NCBI RefSeq assembly: GCF_026626745.1
Contig: NZ_JAPNJW010000002.1
Location: 1,446,151 to 1,510,150, forward strand
Direction: 5' to 3'
DNA: 64,000 nt
Source of the DNA: Nannocystis sp. RBIL2
GTDB taxonomy: Bacteria; Myxococcota_A; Polyangia; Nannocystales; Nannocystaceae
The notes below the pieces were generated by a model. It had not been told where the DNA came from. It saw only the letters and a program-made list of their open reading frames with translations, and did no database searches. The position numbers and the translations under genes are program-made. Shown piece after piece: positions 1 to 10,190 of the stretch; position 1 is the first letter of the stretch, and every line of letters begins with the position of its first letter.

Positions 1-1
1 C

Positions 2-3000
2 GACATTCCCTACGCCACGCTGGCCCAGGCCTTCGAGGGTCTGATCCGCCAGATCCTGGGCGAGAGCGAAGCGAGGATCGGGCAGTGGCGGGACGCTCTG
101 CGCGAGGCGCTGGGCCCGAGCGGTCAGCTCATGGTGAACCTCGTCCCCGAGCTCGAGCTCGTCATCGGGCCACAGCCGGAGGTCGAGGAGCTGCCGCCCC
201 AGGAGGCGCAGCACCGCTTTCAGATGGTGTTCCGGCGGCTCATTGGCGTCTTCGCCCGGGCCGCGCATCCGCTGGTGCTCTTCCTCGACGACCTGCAGTG
301 GCTGGACGCGGGGACGCTGGCCCTGCTCGCCGATCTGGCGACCCACCCGGACGTGCATCACCTCCTCCTGGTCGGGGCCTACCGCGACAACGAGGTCGAC
401 CGCAGCCACCCGCTGATGCGCAGCCTGGAGGCGATCCGCGAGGCGGGCGGCATGGTGCGGGAGATCGTCCTGGCCCCGCTGGCGCGGGAAGACGTGGAGC
501 GGCTCATCGCCGATGCGCTCCATGGTCCGCCCGAGCGGGCCCGGCCGCTCTCGCAACTGGTGTTCGAGAAGACCGGCGGCAATCCGTTCTTCACCATCCA
601 GTTCCTGACGACCCTGGCCGAGGAGAAGCTATTGCGCTTCGACCCCGGTAGCGGGACCTGGACCTGGGATCTGCCGCGCATCCACGCCAAGGGCTACACG
701 GACAACGTGGTGGACCTGATGCTGGGCAAGCTCGCCCGCCTGCCGGGGGACACGCAGGAGGCCCTGAAACAGTTCGCCTGTCTCGGAAACATCGTGGACT
801 TCGGGACACTCGGCCTCGTGCTCGAGCGACCGGCGGAGGCGATCCACGCCGCCTTCTGGGCGGCCGTGCGGGCGGGCCTCGTCTTCCGGCAAGACGAAGG
901 CTACATCTTTCTCCACGACCGAGTTCAGGAGGCGGCCTATTCGCTGATCCCTGAAGAGCTGCGCGCCGGGACCCACCTGCGCATCGGCCGAATCCTGGCT
1001 TCGAAGCTGACGCCTGACGAGATCGCCGAACAGATCTTCGATGTCGTCAATCAGCTCAATCGCGGCAGCGAGCTGGTCGGGTCGCAAGAGGAGCGGGAGC
1101 GGATCGCCGAGCTCAATCTGATGGCCGGCAAACGCGCCAGGAGGGCGACAGCCTATGCGTCGGCCTTGACCTACCTCGCCGCCGGCGCGGCGCTGCTCAC
1201 CGAGGACCGCTGGGAGCGCCTGTACGGGCTCACCTTCGCGCTGGAGCTCCACCGGGCGGAATGCGAGTTCCTGACCGGCGCGCTGGAGGCGGCGGAGCAG
1301 CGGCTGGCGATGCTCTGGGGTCGGGCCGAAAGCGTCGTCGACCAGGCGGCCGTCACCTGCCTGCGCCTGGATGTGTATATGAACCTCGACCGGAGCGACC
1401 GCGCCGTCGCCGTCGCTCTCGATTACCTCCGACATATGGGCGTCGACTGGTCGCCGCATCCGACAGAAGAGGAAGCGCGACGCGAATACGAGCGGATCTG
1501 GTCCCAGCTCGGGGAGCGCACGATCGAGGAGCTCATCGACCTGCCCTTGATGACCGACCCGGCATCCCTCGCTACTCTGGATGTCCTGACCAAAGTCGCG
1601 TCGCCTGCGGTCCTCACGGATGTGAGGCTGTTCGCCCTGGTCGCCTGCAGGGCCGTGAATTTGAGCCTCGAGCACGGCAACAGCGATGGTTCGTGCCTCG
1701 CATATCCCAACGTCGGCATGGTCGCCGGGCCGCTCTTCAGTCACTCCGAGGCTGGATTCCGGTTCGGTCAGCTCGGCTACGAACTGGTCGAACGACGCGG
1801 GTTGAAGCGCTTCCAGGGCAGGACTTACATGGTCTTCGGAACCATGGTCATGCCGTGGATGAGGCCTGTGCGGGCTGGCCGTGACCTGGCGCGTCGCGCC
1901 TTCGAGGCGGCGAATGAGACCGGTGACCTCACGTTCGCCGCATGCAGCTGTTTCCAGCTGAACAGCATCAGGCTCACGGCAGGAGATCCGCTCGTCGAGG
2001 TGCAACGCGAAGCCGAGGATGGCCTGGAGTTCGCCCAGAAGGCGCGGTTCGGCTTCGCCGCGGACATCATCACCGCGCAGCTCCAGCTCGTCCGGACGCT
2101 GCGCGGCGCGACGCCGACATTCGGCTCCTTCGACGACGGGCAGTTCGACGAGCGGCGGTTCGAGCGCCATTTGGCGAACAATCCGGTGCTGGCGCAGGCC
2201 GAGTGCCGCTACTGGATCGAGAAGCTGCAGGCGCGCTTCTTCGCCGGCGATCATGGGGCCGCCGTCGCGGCAGCATCGAGGGCGCAGCAGTTGCTCTGGA
2301 CATTGCCATCATTCATCGAGACGGCAGACTATCACTTTTACGGCGCGCTGTCTCACGCCGCCTCCTGCGATGCCACCGCGGCCAGCCAACGGCAGCAGCA
2401 TGTCGAAGCTCTGGCCGCCCACCGCGAAGCGCTCGCGAGATGGGCTCGGGATTGCCCGGAGAATTTCGAGAACCGCGCTGCGTTGGTGGACGCCGAGCTC
2501 GCGCGCGTTTCGGGCCGCGACCTCGATGCCATGCGCCTCTACGAGCGGGCCATCCGCTCGGCCCACGACAACGGCTTCGTGCAGAACGAGGCGCTGGCCA
2601 ACGAGCTGGCCGGCCGGTTCTATCTCGACCGCGGCCTCGACAAGAACGGCTTTGCCCATCTCCGCGACGCGCGCGCCTGTTATGCCCTGTGGGGGGCCGA
2701 CGGCAAAGTGAAGCAGCTCGACCGGCAACATCCCCGGCTCTTCGAGCCCAGGACCTTCGCGCCCACCGCCACCGTCGCGGTTCGGCCCGTCGAGCTCGAC
2801 CTCTACTCGGTGACCAAGGCCTCGCAGACCATCTCGAGCGAGATCGTCCTCGACAAGCTGGTGCGCACGCTGCTCGCTATCGTGCTCGAGCAGGGCGGCG
2901 CGCAGAGGGCTTGCCTCGTCCTGTGTCGCGACGAGAGCCTCTCGATCGAGGCGGAGGCGACCCTCGAACACAAGGGGTTGGTGACGACCGTCCTCGAGCC

Positions 3001-4540
3001 CGCGCCCGTGGATGGTTCCCAGCGCCTCCCTGCGTCCGTCGTCCACTATGCGCACCGGACGAAGGAACGCGTCATTTTGAGCGACGCCGCCGCCGACGCC
3101 GATAAGCTCGGCGGCGACGACTACTTCGCCCGGCACCGGCCCAAGTCGGTCCTCTGTATGCCGATCCTGCGGCAGGCCGAGGTGGTCGGGCTGCTCTACC
3201 TCGAGAACAACCTCCTCGCCGGCGCCTTCACGCCCGATCGGCTCGTCGCCCTCTCGCTCTGCGCCACGCAGGCGGCCATCTCGCTCGAGAACGCGTTGCT
3301 CCTCCAGCGCGCGGCCTTCCTGGCCGAGGCCGGGAAGATCCTGTCCGCGTCCCTCGATTACGAGCAGACGCTGGACCGCCTCGGACGGCTGTGCGTGCGA
3401 TCGATCTGCGACTTTTGCCTGATCGACGTCGTGGAGGCCGGGGGGATCCAGCGCGTCTCCGGGGCACACAAGGATCCCGCGAAGGAGCGATTGATCGAGG
3501 AGCTCCAGCGGCGGTATCCCCCTCGCTGGGACTCGCCCCACCCGGCGGCCGTGGTCCTCAGGACGGGTGCGCCGCTCCTGTTCCCTCGGCTCCCCGACGA
3601 GCACATGCGAACGATCACCGTGGACGACGAGCACAAGAGGTTGCTCCGCGAGCTCGGGGCACAGAGCTCCATGATGGTGCCGCTCGTGGCGCGCGGGCAG
3701 ACGCTCGGGGTGCTGAGCATCGTCTCGGCCGTGCCGGGCCGCTACGGGCGCGCCGATCTCGAGCTGGCGCAGGAAGCAGCGTGCCGCGCCGCGACCGCGA
3801 TCGACAACGCACGTCTCTACCGCGCCTCTCAGGAGGCCGTCCGCGCACGGAGCGAGTTCCTCACCGTCGCTTCCCACGAGCTGAACACCCCGGTGACCTC
3901 GCTCATGCTCGCGCTCGAGTCCTTGCGCCGGGCGACGCTCTTGGGGCGGCCCATGGATCCGCAAACCGTCGACAGGCTGGTCGAGCTCGCCGGGCGGCAG
4001 GGAGCCCGACTGACCAGGCTCACCAACGATCTGCTCGACGTCTCGCGGATGGAGGCGGGGCCATTGCCGCTGGAGCTCACCGATGTCGACCTCGTCGCCC
4101 TCGTCCGCGAGGTGGCCGAGCGCTTCGAGATGGATCTTACGCGCGCCCGCTGCCCGGTGTCGATCGATAGCGGCGCTCCGGTCGTGGGGAGATGGGATCG
4201 CTCCCGTATCGACCGGGTCGTGACCAACCTGCTCTCCAATGCCATCAAGTTCGGGGCCGGCGAGCCCATCGAGCTCTTCGTCGGCGCGGAGGGCGGCGTG
4301 GCGCGGCTCGCGGTCCGGGACCACGGCATCGGCATCGCCCCGGAGCAGCGCGACCGGATCTTCGGGCGCTTCGAGCGTGCGGTGTCGGAGAAGCACTACG
4401 GGGGCCTGGGCCTCGGGCTGTACATCAGCCGCAGGCTCGTCGAGGCCCACGGCGGGTCGATCCGATGCGTCAGCCCCCCAGGCGCCGGGGCCACGTTCAT
4501 CGTCGAGCTGCCGGTCTCCGTCGGCCGTGATAAGCCGTGA
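2..4540 (+). CDS. Multidomain sensor kinase, 5'-partial (AAA_16-type ATPase / GAF / HisKA / HATPase_c). The reading frame is open to the window start, so the N-terminus (probably a kinase domain and P-loop) lies outside the window.
   Basis: The frame is continuous from nt 2. A Walker-B-like motif 'VLFLDDLQWLD' is present. The GAF-like region contains 'VLCMPILRQAEVVGLLYLEN'. The H-box is 'SHELNTPVTSL'. The HATPase N/G boxes are 'LLSNAIKFG', 'DHGIGI' and 'GLGLGLYISRRLVEAHGG'. GC3 is high. Confidence 0.8.
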   Translation, partial: DIPYATLAQAFEGLIRQILGESEARIGQWRDALREALGPSGQLMVNLVPELELVIGPQPEVEELPPQEAQHRFQMVFRRLIGVFARAAHPLVLFLDDLQWLDAGTLALLADLATHPDVHHLLLVGAYRDNEVDRSHPLMRSLEAIREAGGMVREIVLAPLAREDVERLIADALHGPPERARPLSQLVFEKTGGNPFFTIQFLTTLAEEKLLRFDPGSGTWTWDLPRIHAKGYTDNVVDLMLGKLARLPGDTQEALKQFACLGNIVDFGTLGLVLERPAEAIHAAFWAAVRAGLVFRQDEGYIFLHDRVQEAAYSLIPEELRAGTHLRIGRILASKLTPDEIAEQIFDVVNQLNRGSELVGSQEERERIAELNLMAGKRARRATAYASALTYLAAGAALLTEDRWERLYGLTFALELHRAECEFLTGALEAAEQRLAMLWGRAESVVDQAAVTCLRLDVYMNLDRSDRAVAVALDYLRHMGVDWSPHPTEEEARREYERIWSQLGERTIEELIDLPLMTDPASLATLDVLTKVASPAVLTDVRLFALVACRAVNLSLEHGNSDGSCLAYPNVGMVAGPLFSHSEAGFRFGQLGYELVERRGLKRFQGRTYMVFGTMVMPWMRPVRAGRDLARRAFEAANETGDLTFAACSCFQLNSIRLTAGDPLVEVQREAEDGLEFAQKARFGFAADIITAQLQLVRTLRGATPTFGSFDDGQFDERRFERHLANNPVLAQAECRYWIEKLQARFFAGDHGAAVAAASRAQQLLWTLPSFIETADYHFYGALSHAASCDATAASQRQQHVEALAAHREALARWARDCPENFENRAALVDAELARVSGRDLDAMRLYERAIRSAHDNGFVQNEALANELAGRFYLDRGLDKNGFAHLRDARACYALWGADGKVKQLDRQHPRLFEPRTFAPTATVAVRPVELDLYSVTKASQTISSEIVLDKLVRTLLAIVLEQGGAQRACLVLCRDESLSIEAEATLEHKGLVTTVLEPAPVDGSQRLPASVVHYAHRTKERVILSDAAADADKLGGDDYFARHRPKSVLCMPILRQAEVVGLLYLENNLLAGAFTPDRLVALSLCATQAAISLENALLLQRAAFLAEAGKILSASLDYEQTLDRLGRLCVRSICDFCLIDVVEAGGIQRVSGAHKDPAKERLIEELQRRYPPRWDSPHPAAVVLRTGAPLLFPRLPDEHMRTITVDDEHKRLLRELGAQSSMMVPLVARGQTLGVLSIVSAVPGRYGRADLELAQEAACRAATAIDNARLYRASQEAVRARSEFLTVASHELNTPVTSLMLALESLRRATLLGRPMDPQTVDRLVELAGRQGARLTRLTNDLLDVSRMEAGPLPLELTDVDLVALVREVAERFEMDLTRARCPVSIDSGAPVVGRWDRSRIDRVVTNLLSNAIKFGAGEPIELFVGAEGGVARLAVRDHGIGIAPEQRDRIFGRFERAVSEKHYGGLGLGLYISRRLVEAHGGSIRCVSPPGAGATFIVELPVSVGRDKP

Positions 4541-5161
4541 TCGAGGCGAGCACCGGCTGCCGAGCAAATCGTCGGACCTCGCCCGGGGACGCGTCGAACG
4601 ACCCGGCCCCGGGCGGCGCGTTCGAGTCGTCCGCGCACGCCGCGAGGACGTCGTCGGACGTCGCTCGGGAGCGGGCGACGTCCGCCTGGACTGGCCTGGG
4701 CATGCCCCTCCAAGATCATATGGGCGCTTTCGCGCAAGCTGGCTCAGCCGTGTCCGAGGGGCCTTGATCCAGTCGCAGAGGATCAAGACGTCATGGACCT
4801 GCTGTGACAGCATGAGCAAGACCATCCGCGAGGCGCTCGCAGCGACCGCGACCTGGGCGCCGAGGCGGCGCCTGCAAGCCCAGGCGCCTCCCGAAGACTC
4901 CTGGTGGGGCGACTCCGGGGGTGTGCGCTGCGCCGCCGCAGGGGGCGCCTCGTTCACGGTTCGGTACGGCGGCCCGGTCGAGTCGAGGAAACCGGCGTAC
5001 CCCGAATGGGAGTAGCGGACCGCACAGGGTCGTTCGTTGTCCGCCAGAGTCCGCCTTCTCTCAGGCGGTGACGACGCTCCCCCGGCGAGCGCGCGAACCG
5101 CCTCGCAGCCACACGAGCCAGACGCGAGCCCGCGCGCAGCGGCTCAGTAGATTTCACGACC

Positions 5162-5722
5162 ATGGACGACATGCTCCGTCATCAGCGCCCCATGGTCATG
5201 GCCAACATCATCACCGGCGCCACCGGCGTAGCCGCGACGGCCATCCCCTCGCGCTCCGTCGAGGCTTCGCGCGCGGCGGCGTCCATCGGCCTGCAATGTG
5301 CCCATCATTGGACCGGCGACGCCGCCCGAGCGACGGCGACCCGGGCCACAATGTCCCATCTCCTGCGAGCCACGATCCGGATCGGTGCAATTGGGCTTGC
5401 CGTCGACGCCACCGTCGGCGCGGTCAAGGGTCTGCTCGCCTACCAGCGCGGAGAGATGACCGGCGAACAAGCGTGTGCGCACGCGGCCGTCGAAGCCGGC
5501 ACCCGCGTCGTATCGACCTCGGCTGGCGTACTCCTCGCGGCCTGCGCGGTCGCCCTCACTGGCGGTCTCGCTGCCCCCGTGCTCCTGACCATCGGGAAAG
5601 GCGGTGCAGCCGCCACGAGGCTCGGTCTACGCCGCCTGCTCGACGCGCGGAGCTCACGGTCACCCCAGGGAGCCTCTGCTGCGGTCGCTACCCCGGATCT
5701 ACGCGTCGTCAACGACGGGTGA
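5162..5722 (+). CDS. Hypothetical small Ala/Gly-rich protein, possibly membrane-associated.
   Basis: ATG-initiated 186-aa ORF with mostly GC-rich third codon positions. No recognisable domain. Shadow ORFs overlap on other frames. Confidence 0.3.
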   Translation: MDDMLRHQRPMVMANIITGATGVAATAIPSRSVEASRAAASIGLQCAHHWTGDAARATATRATMSHLLRATIRIGAIGLAVDATVGAVKGLLAYQRGEMTGEQACAHAAVEAGTRVVSTSAGVLLAACAVALTGGLAAPVLLTIGKGGAAATRLGLRRLLDARSSRSPQGASAAVATPDLRVVNDG

Positions 5723-5808
5723 GCAGCACGCACAGCCAAACCTCGTCGCTGCGGCGCCCGGGCCGAGGTGAGGTGATGTCCAGCGTGCCGCCCCGTGGAC
5801 ATGTCTTA

Positions 5809-6915
5809 TTATTCGCAGGCGACGCGCACGTCGACGACCTCGCCGGAGCGCTGCTGGCCGGCGGTGCGGTAGACGAAGCTGGCGCGCTCGAGGCCGCAGT
5901 TGCCGCGCGCATCGCACTCGCGGCGAGTGGTGAAGCCGAGGTCGATCTCGACGATCTCGAAGCTCGCGAGCGGCAGCATCTCCCACCCGCTCGAGCGACG
6001 GTCGGCGTCGTGGTCGGCCCACAGCATCAGCTCGCCCCAGTGCGCGTCCGCGGCGGTGATCTTGCCGTCGCGGTCGCTGTCGAGCTCGGCGAGGGCCTGG
6101 AAGCCGTTATGCACACCTGACCCGAAGGACAGGCGGGTGGCGGCGCCGAACAGCTCCTGGCCGCCGTCGATGCTGCCGTTGCCGTCGCGGTCGAGCGCGA
6201 GCCACGGGGTGGCGGCGGTCGGCCAGTCGGCGCGGGCGCAGCTGCCCGCGCCGCCGTGGATGTCGAAGTCGGCCGCCGAGGCGGAGGTCGGTGCGAACTC
6301 GATGGCGTCGCCGAAGCTCAGCACCAGCGGGGTGTTGCAGTCTTCCCAGTTCCACACGTGGCGGCCGGTCTCCTCGTCGACCATGCAGCCCATGTCGATG
6401 TCGAATTCTTCCTCGCCGAAGCCGCACGACTGGCTGTCGCCCGGCTTGCACTCGTCGGCCTCGCCGCACTCGCCCCAGCGCGTCTCGCCGGTGTCGGGGG
6501 TCGCCTCGTAAGCGACGCAGTGCTGGGTGCCGCCGTCACAGGCACGCGAGTCGCCCTCCTTGGCGCACGTCTCCGTCAGACAGGCGGTCCAGATGTGGCT
6601 GTACTGATCGAGCGACCAGACGCAGAACTCGAGGCCGGCGACGCCGCCGATCTGACACTCGCCAGACAGCTGGGACTGGTCGCAGATCTCGCCCGCACGG
6701 CCGAAGTCCGCCTTGGGCTCGGGCTCGGGCTCGCCTTCGTCCTCACTCTTGATCTCGCCCTCGCTGTCGCCCTCGCCTTCTTCGGCGCCCTCGCTGTCGG
6801 CCTCGCCGGCCGTGGAGTCGCCGTCGTTCGCGTGGTGACCCTCGACCTTCGAATCACAGGCCGGCAATGCGAGGAAGAGCGAGGACAAGGTGAGGAGGCG
6901 GGTCGTGGTCGTCAT
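5809..6915 (-). CDS. Secreted lipoprotein with EF-hand-like calcium-binding loops.
   Basis: Signal peptide plus lipobox 'LFLALPAC'. Acidic Glu/Asp-rich linker. Two canonical EF-hand loops, 'DRDGNGSIDGGQE' and 'DSDRDGKITAADAHWGE'. Multiple Cys. Strong GC3 bias. Confidence 0.7.
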   Translation of the reverse strand: MTTTTRLLTLSSLFLALPACDSKVEGHHANDGDSTAGEADSEGAEEGEGDSEGEIKSEDEGEPEPEPKADFGRAGEICDQSQLSGECQIGGVAGLEFCVWSLDQYSHIWTACLTETCAKEGDSRACDGGTQHCVAYEATPDTGETRWGECGEADECKPGDSQSCGFGEEEFDIDMGCMVDEETGRHVWNWEDCNTPLVLSFGDAIEFAPTSASAADFDIHGGAGSCARADWPTAATPWLALDRDGNGSIDGGQELFGAATRLSFGSGVHNGFQALAELDSDRDGKITAADAHWGELMLWADHDADRRSSGWEMLPLASFEIVEIDLGFTTRRECDARGNCGLERASFVYRTAGQQRSGEVVDVRVACE

Positions 6916-7340
6916 GCGGATGTCGCCTTAGCAGGGGCCGTGCCAAGCCGCCCAGGGGACGTGCAGGCGACGTGGACGCCGTTTGCAGCGCGGGTCGGAG
7001 AAGCCCCTGCGACGAGGCTGGAGCCCACCGGCGTCCTGGTCTGACGGGAGTGTCGTGCGCTCTCGCCGGGGCGAGCCACGCCAGCGACGGCCGGCGGGCG
7101 TCGGCCAGCATCGCGGCCGAGCGGGTCGAATCGCGGGCGCACATCTTCGAGGGAGCCGAGGCGAGCGGGCACCAGCGCTGGCGACTTCGGGATCTGCGCC
7201 CCCGCCGCGGACGGAGAGGCGGTCCCTCGCTGAGAGCGCGCAGGCGCCCTCGAGCACCTCGCTCCGGTGCAGGTGCGCCCCGCCCCATATTAAAAGCGCG
7301 GGCGCCAAAGCCCCCTGCAGCCGCGCGCAGCCTCGCCTTC

Positions 7341-8567
7341 ATGCCCGAGCCCACCGCCTCCTCGCGTCATCTGACCACGCTCCTCGTGCTCGCCTACCTC
7401 GGCTTTGTCAGCCTCGGGCTGCCCGACGCGGTGCTCGGAGTGGCCTGGCCGTCGCTGCGCGCCGCCTTCTCGCTGCCTCAGGCGGCACTCGGCGCGCCGC
7501 TGGCCGCTCTGGCGGTCTCGTACTTCCTCTCGGGGCTGGCGGCCGGCAGCCTCATGCGCCGCGCGGGGATCGGCGCGCTCCTGGCAGGCAGCACCGCGAT
7601 CGTCACGCTGGCGGTCGCGGGGTTCGCTTCGGCGCCGAGCTTCGGCGTCTTCCTCGCCGCGGCGTGCATCGGAGGCTTCGGCTCCGGCGCCATCGATGCC
7701 GCGCTCAACGCTTACGTCGCGCACAACTTCGGCGCGCGCCACATGACCTGGCTTCACGCGGCCTACAGCTTGGGCGCGGCGCTCGGGCCCGCCCTCATGA
7801 CGGCAGTCCTCGCGCGCGAGGCGGGGTGGCGCACGGGATACGCGGTCCTCGCCGGGGCGCTCGGTGTGCTCGCGGTCGCCTTCATCCTCACCCGCCGGCG
7901 CTGGGACGAAGGCGCCGCCGCCACTGCCCCGGACGCCGCCACCTCCACCGCGAGCGCCGAGCAAGACGCCGGGCCTCACGTGCTGCGCCGCCCTCGCGTG
8001 TGGCTGCAGCTCGGGTTCTTCTTCCTGTACACGGGCCTCGAGATGTCTGCGGGTCAATGGGCCTTCACCGTGCTCACCGAGGCGCGGGGTCTCGACGAAT
8101 CTCAGGCCGGTACCCAGGTCAGCCTCTACTGGGCGAGCCTGTTGGCGGGCCGCATCGTCCTCGGCTTCGTCGTCGAACGCGTGGGCCCGGTGCTCCTCGT
8201 GCGCCTCGCCACCGCGCTCGCCGTGCTCAGCGCGGCCGTGTTCGCTCTCCCCGGCCTGCCGCCGGTGGCGGCATTCACCGGCCTCGCGCTCCTCGGCTTC
8301 GCCCTGGCCCCCATGTACCCGGTTCTGATGGCCGAGACGCCGCGCCGCATGGGGTCGCACGCGGCCCACGCCGTGGGTTTTCAGGTGAGCGCCGCGACCG
8401 CGGGCATCGCCGCCATGCCCAGCCTCGCGGGCCTGCTCGGCCAACGGCTCGGGCTCGGCGCGATCCCGTGGTTCCTGGTGGGCACCGCCGTGGCGCTCGC
8501 GCTCCTGCACGAGACGCTCGTGGCGACCGTGGACCATCCAGGTCACCCTCGCTCATCGCCGCGATGA
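7341..8567 (+). CDS. MFS transporter.
   Basis: ATG at 7341 within the longer ORF 6972..8567. About 12 predicted hydrophobic helices. MFS signature-like 'GLAAGSLMRRAGIG'. Length 408 aa. Confidence 0.8.
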   Translation: MPEPTASSRHLTTLLVLAYLGFVSLGLPDAVLGVAWPSLRAAFSLPQAALGAPLAALAVSYFLSGLAAGSLMRRAGIGALLAGSTAIVTLAVAGFASAPSFGVFLAAACIGGFGSGAIDAALNAYVAHNFGARHMTWLHAAYSLGAALGPALMTAVLAREAGWRTGYAVLAGALGVLAVAFILTRRRWDEGAAATAPDAATSTASAEQDAGPHVLRRPRVWLQLGFFFLYTGLEMSAGQWAFTVLTEARGLDESQAGTQVSLYWASLLAGRIVLGFVVERVGPVLLVRLATALAVLSAAVFALPGLPPVAAFTGLALLGFALAPMYPVLMAETPRRMGSHAAHAVGFQVSAATAGIAAMPSLAGLLGQRLGLGAIPWFLVGTAVALALLHETLVATVDHPGHPRSSPR

Positions 8568-8726
8568 AGGCCAGGCGGCCGCAGCACGACACCGTGGGCG
8601 CGCTTCCTCGTGCCGCCCGCGCCCCAGTGCCGTCACCCTTTGCCAGGGCTTTGCCAGAACCGGCCACTTTGCCAGGGATGGATCGTAGCTGGTGGCGGGA
8701 AGTAGCCCTCGCAGCCGGTCAGCCGC

Positions 8727-10046
8727 TCATCGCTTCGGCGGCCTGTACCCCGACACGATCGTCCGCTTGCGCCCCTCGAGCTTGTCGAGCTGCGCCTCGA
8801 GCCCCTCGCGGCGGGCGTACGCGCGGGCCAAAATCAGCGCCACGTACTCGCCGAGCGAGTCGGCCGCGATCGTGGCCACCAGCGCCTGATCGTGGCGGAA
8901 GCGGATCACCGGCGCCGCGTTCGCCTCCGACTTCGCCCCCGTCGCCAGGAAGAACAGGTCGCCGGACGGATCGCTGCCGAGCGGGATGGCCTTCTTCGCC
9001 GGATCGAAGCCGCGCACGTCGTAGCGCCCGCGGCCGCTCGGCGGGTCGTCTGCCTCCTCCTCGTCGTCCTCGATCGTCCCCCTCATTTCGCGGAACAGCT
9101 GGCGCATGCGCGCCGGCGGCCCGAAGTCGCGCGATCCGAGCGCCGCGTGCGTCGCCAGCAATTGCCTCAATTCCTGCGGCAGCCGGGCGCTCACGTGATT
9201 CGCCAGCGCCTCGATCTCGCGCGCCCGCGCCGGTCCCTTCGCCGCCACCTCGGCCGGCGTCAGCTCCCACGCGGTCATCAGCGCCAGCGCCTCCGCCACC
9301 GTGTGCGGCAGCTGCTTCGGCAGCCTCGCCAGCACGATCCCCGGCGCCATCGCCTTCGGGATGAGCTTCGCCCGCAGCAGCAGCGCTCGCAGCCTGTCCG
9401 CCCCCGAGCCCGTGATCGTGGCAGTCGCCGCCACCAGCCGCGCCAGGGCCACCGGGGCCGCCGGCCCGCGGTTCGCCGGGAGCAGCGAGTTCCCGTCCGC
9501 CAGCACGCGGAACAGCAGCCACAGCCGCTCGTCGTTCCACTCGATCTTCATCAACCCGTCCGCGACCGCCTCGCCGTCCGCGTACGCCAGCAAGCGGCTC
9601 ACCGCCTCGCCCGCCAGCTTGAACCCGACCTCGTTGTTCGGGTTGTACTCGCCGAGCGCTTCGATCGCCGCTCGCGTCGTCCGCCGCAGCCCGCTGTCCA
9701 GCAGCGCCACCAGCAGCGGGATCGCCGACAACCCCAGCGTCGCCGCCGGCCGGAAGCCGTGCGGCACCCCGAGAGTCTCCGGATGGGCCGCGATCGCCCG
9801 CAGGAACGGCCCCGCGAGCCCCTCCAGCGTCGACGATCGATCGGCCCCCTCGACCTCGAGGAACACGTCGAACGCCTTGAACGCCACGCTGCCGGGCCGC
9901 GGCCAGCCCTCGCGGCACGCCGGCGCCGCGGCCAGCGCCTCCAGCTCGCGCATCAGCGATCCAGCCGCCGCCGCGTCCCCGCCCGCGGCCGCCGTCGCCA
10001 ACCCCGTCAATCGCGCCTCGAGCTCCGCGTACGTCCCGGTCTGCAT
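8727..10046 (-). CDS. Hypothetical protein whose C-terminus resembles the SMI1/KNR4 (SUKH) family. The N-terminal part is helical-repeat-like.
   Basis: The C-terminus 'IPLGSDPSGDLFFLATG...VIRFRHDQALVATIAADSLGEYVALIL' matches the SMI1/KNR4 pattern as recalled (G.DG.G...HD....A.SF.EFL). The start is uncertain: M at 10046, or upstream up to 10121. Confidence 0.55.
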   Translation of the reverse strand: MQTGTYAELEARLTGLATAAAGGDAAAAGSLMRELEALAAAPACREGWPRPGSVAFKAFDVFLEVEGADRSSTLEGLAGPFLRAIAAHPETLGVPHGFRPAATLGLSAIPLLVALLDSGLRRTTRAAIEALGEYNPNNEVGFKLAGEAVSRLLAYADGEAVADGLMKIEWNDERLWLLFRVLADGNSLLPANRGPAAPVALARLVAATATITGSGADRLRALLLRAKLIPKAMAPGIVLARLPKQLPHTVAEALALMTAWELTPAEVAAKGPARAREIEALANHVSARLPQELRQLLATHAALGSRDFGPPARMRQLFREMRGTIEDDEEEADDPPSGRGRYDVRGFDPAKKAIPLGSDPSGDLFFLATGAKSEANAAPVIRFRHDQALVATIAADSLGEYVALILARAYARREGLEAQLDKLEGRKRTIVSGYRPPKR

Positions 10047-10190
10047 CGCTGGACGCCAATGTAGCCCGACCCGGCCGTCCTCAGCCAGCGCAGCGCGATC
10101 GACGCGCCTTTGAGCCCGCAATCACCTGTCCCCAAAGCCATCTCCCTCGGCGCCGCCGGGCCGCGATTGGGCATACTCGTCCGACCGAGC

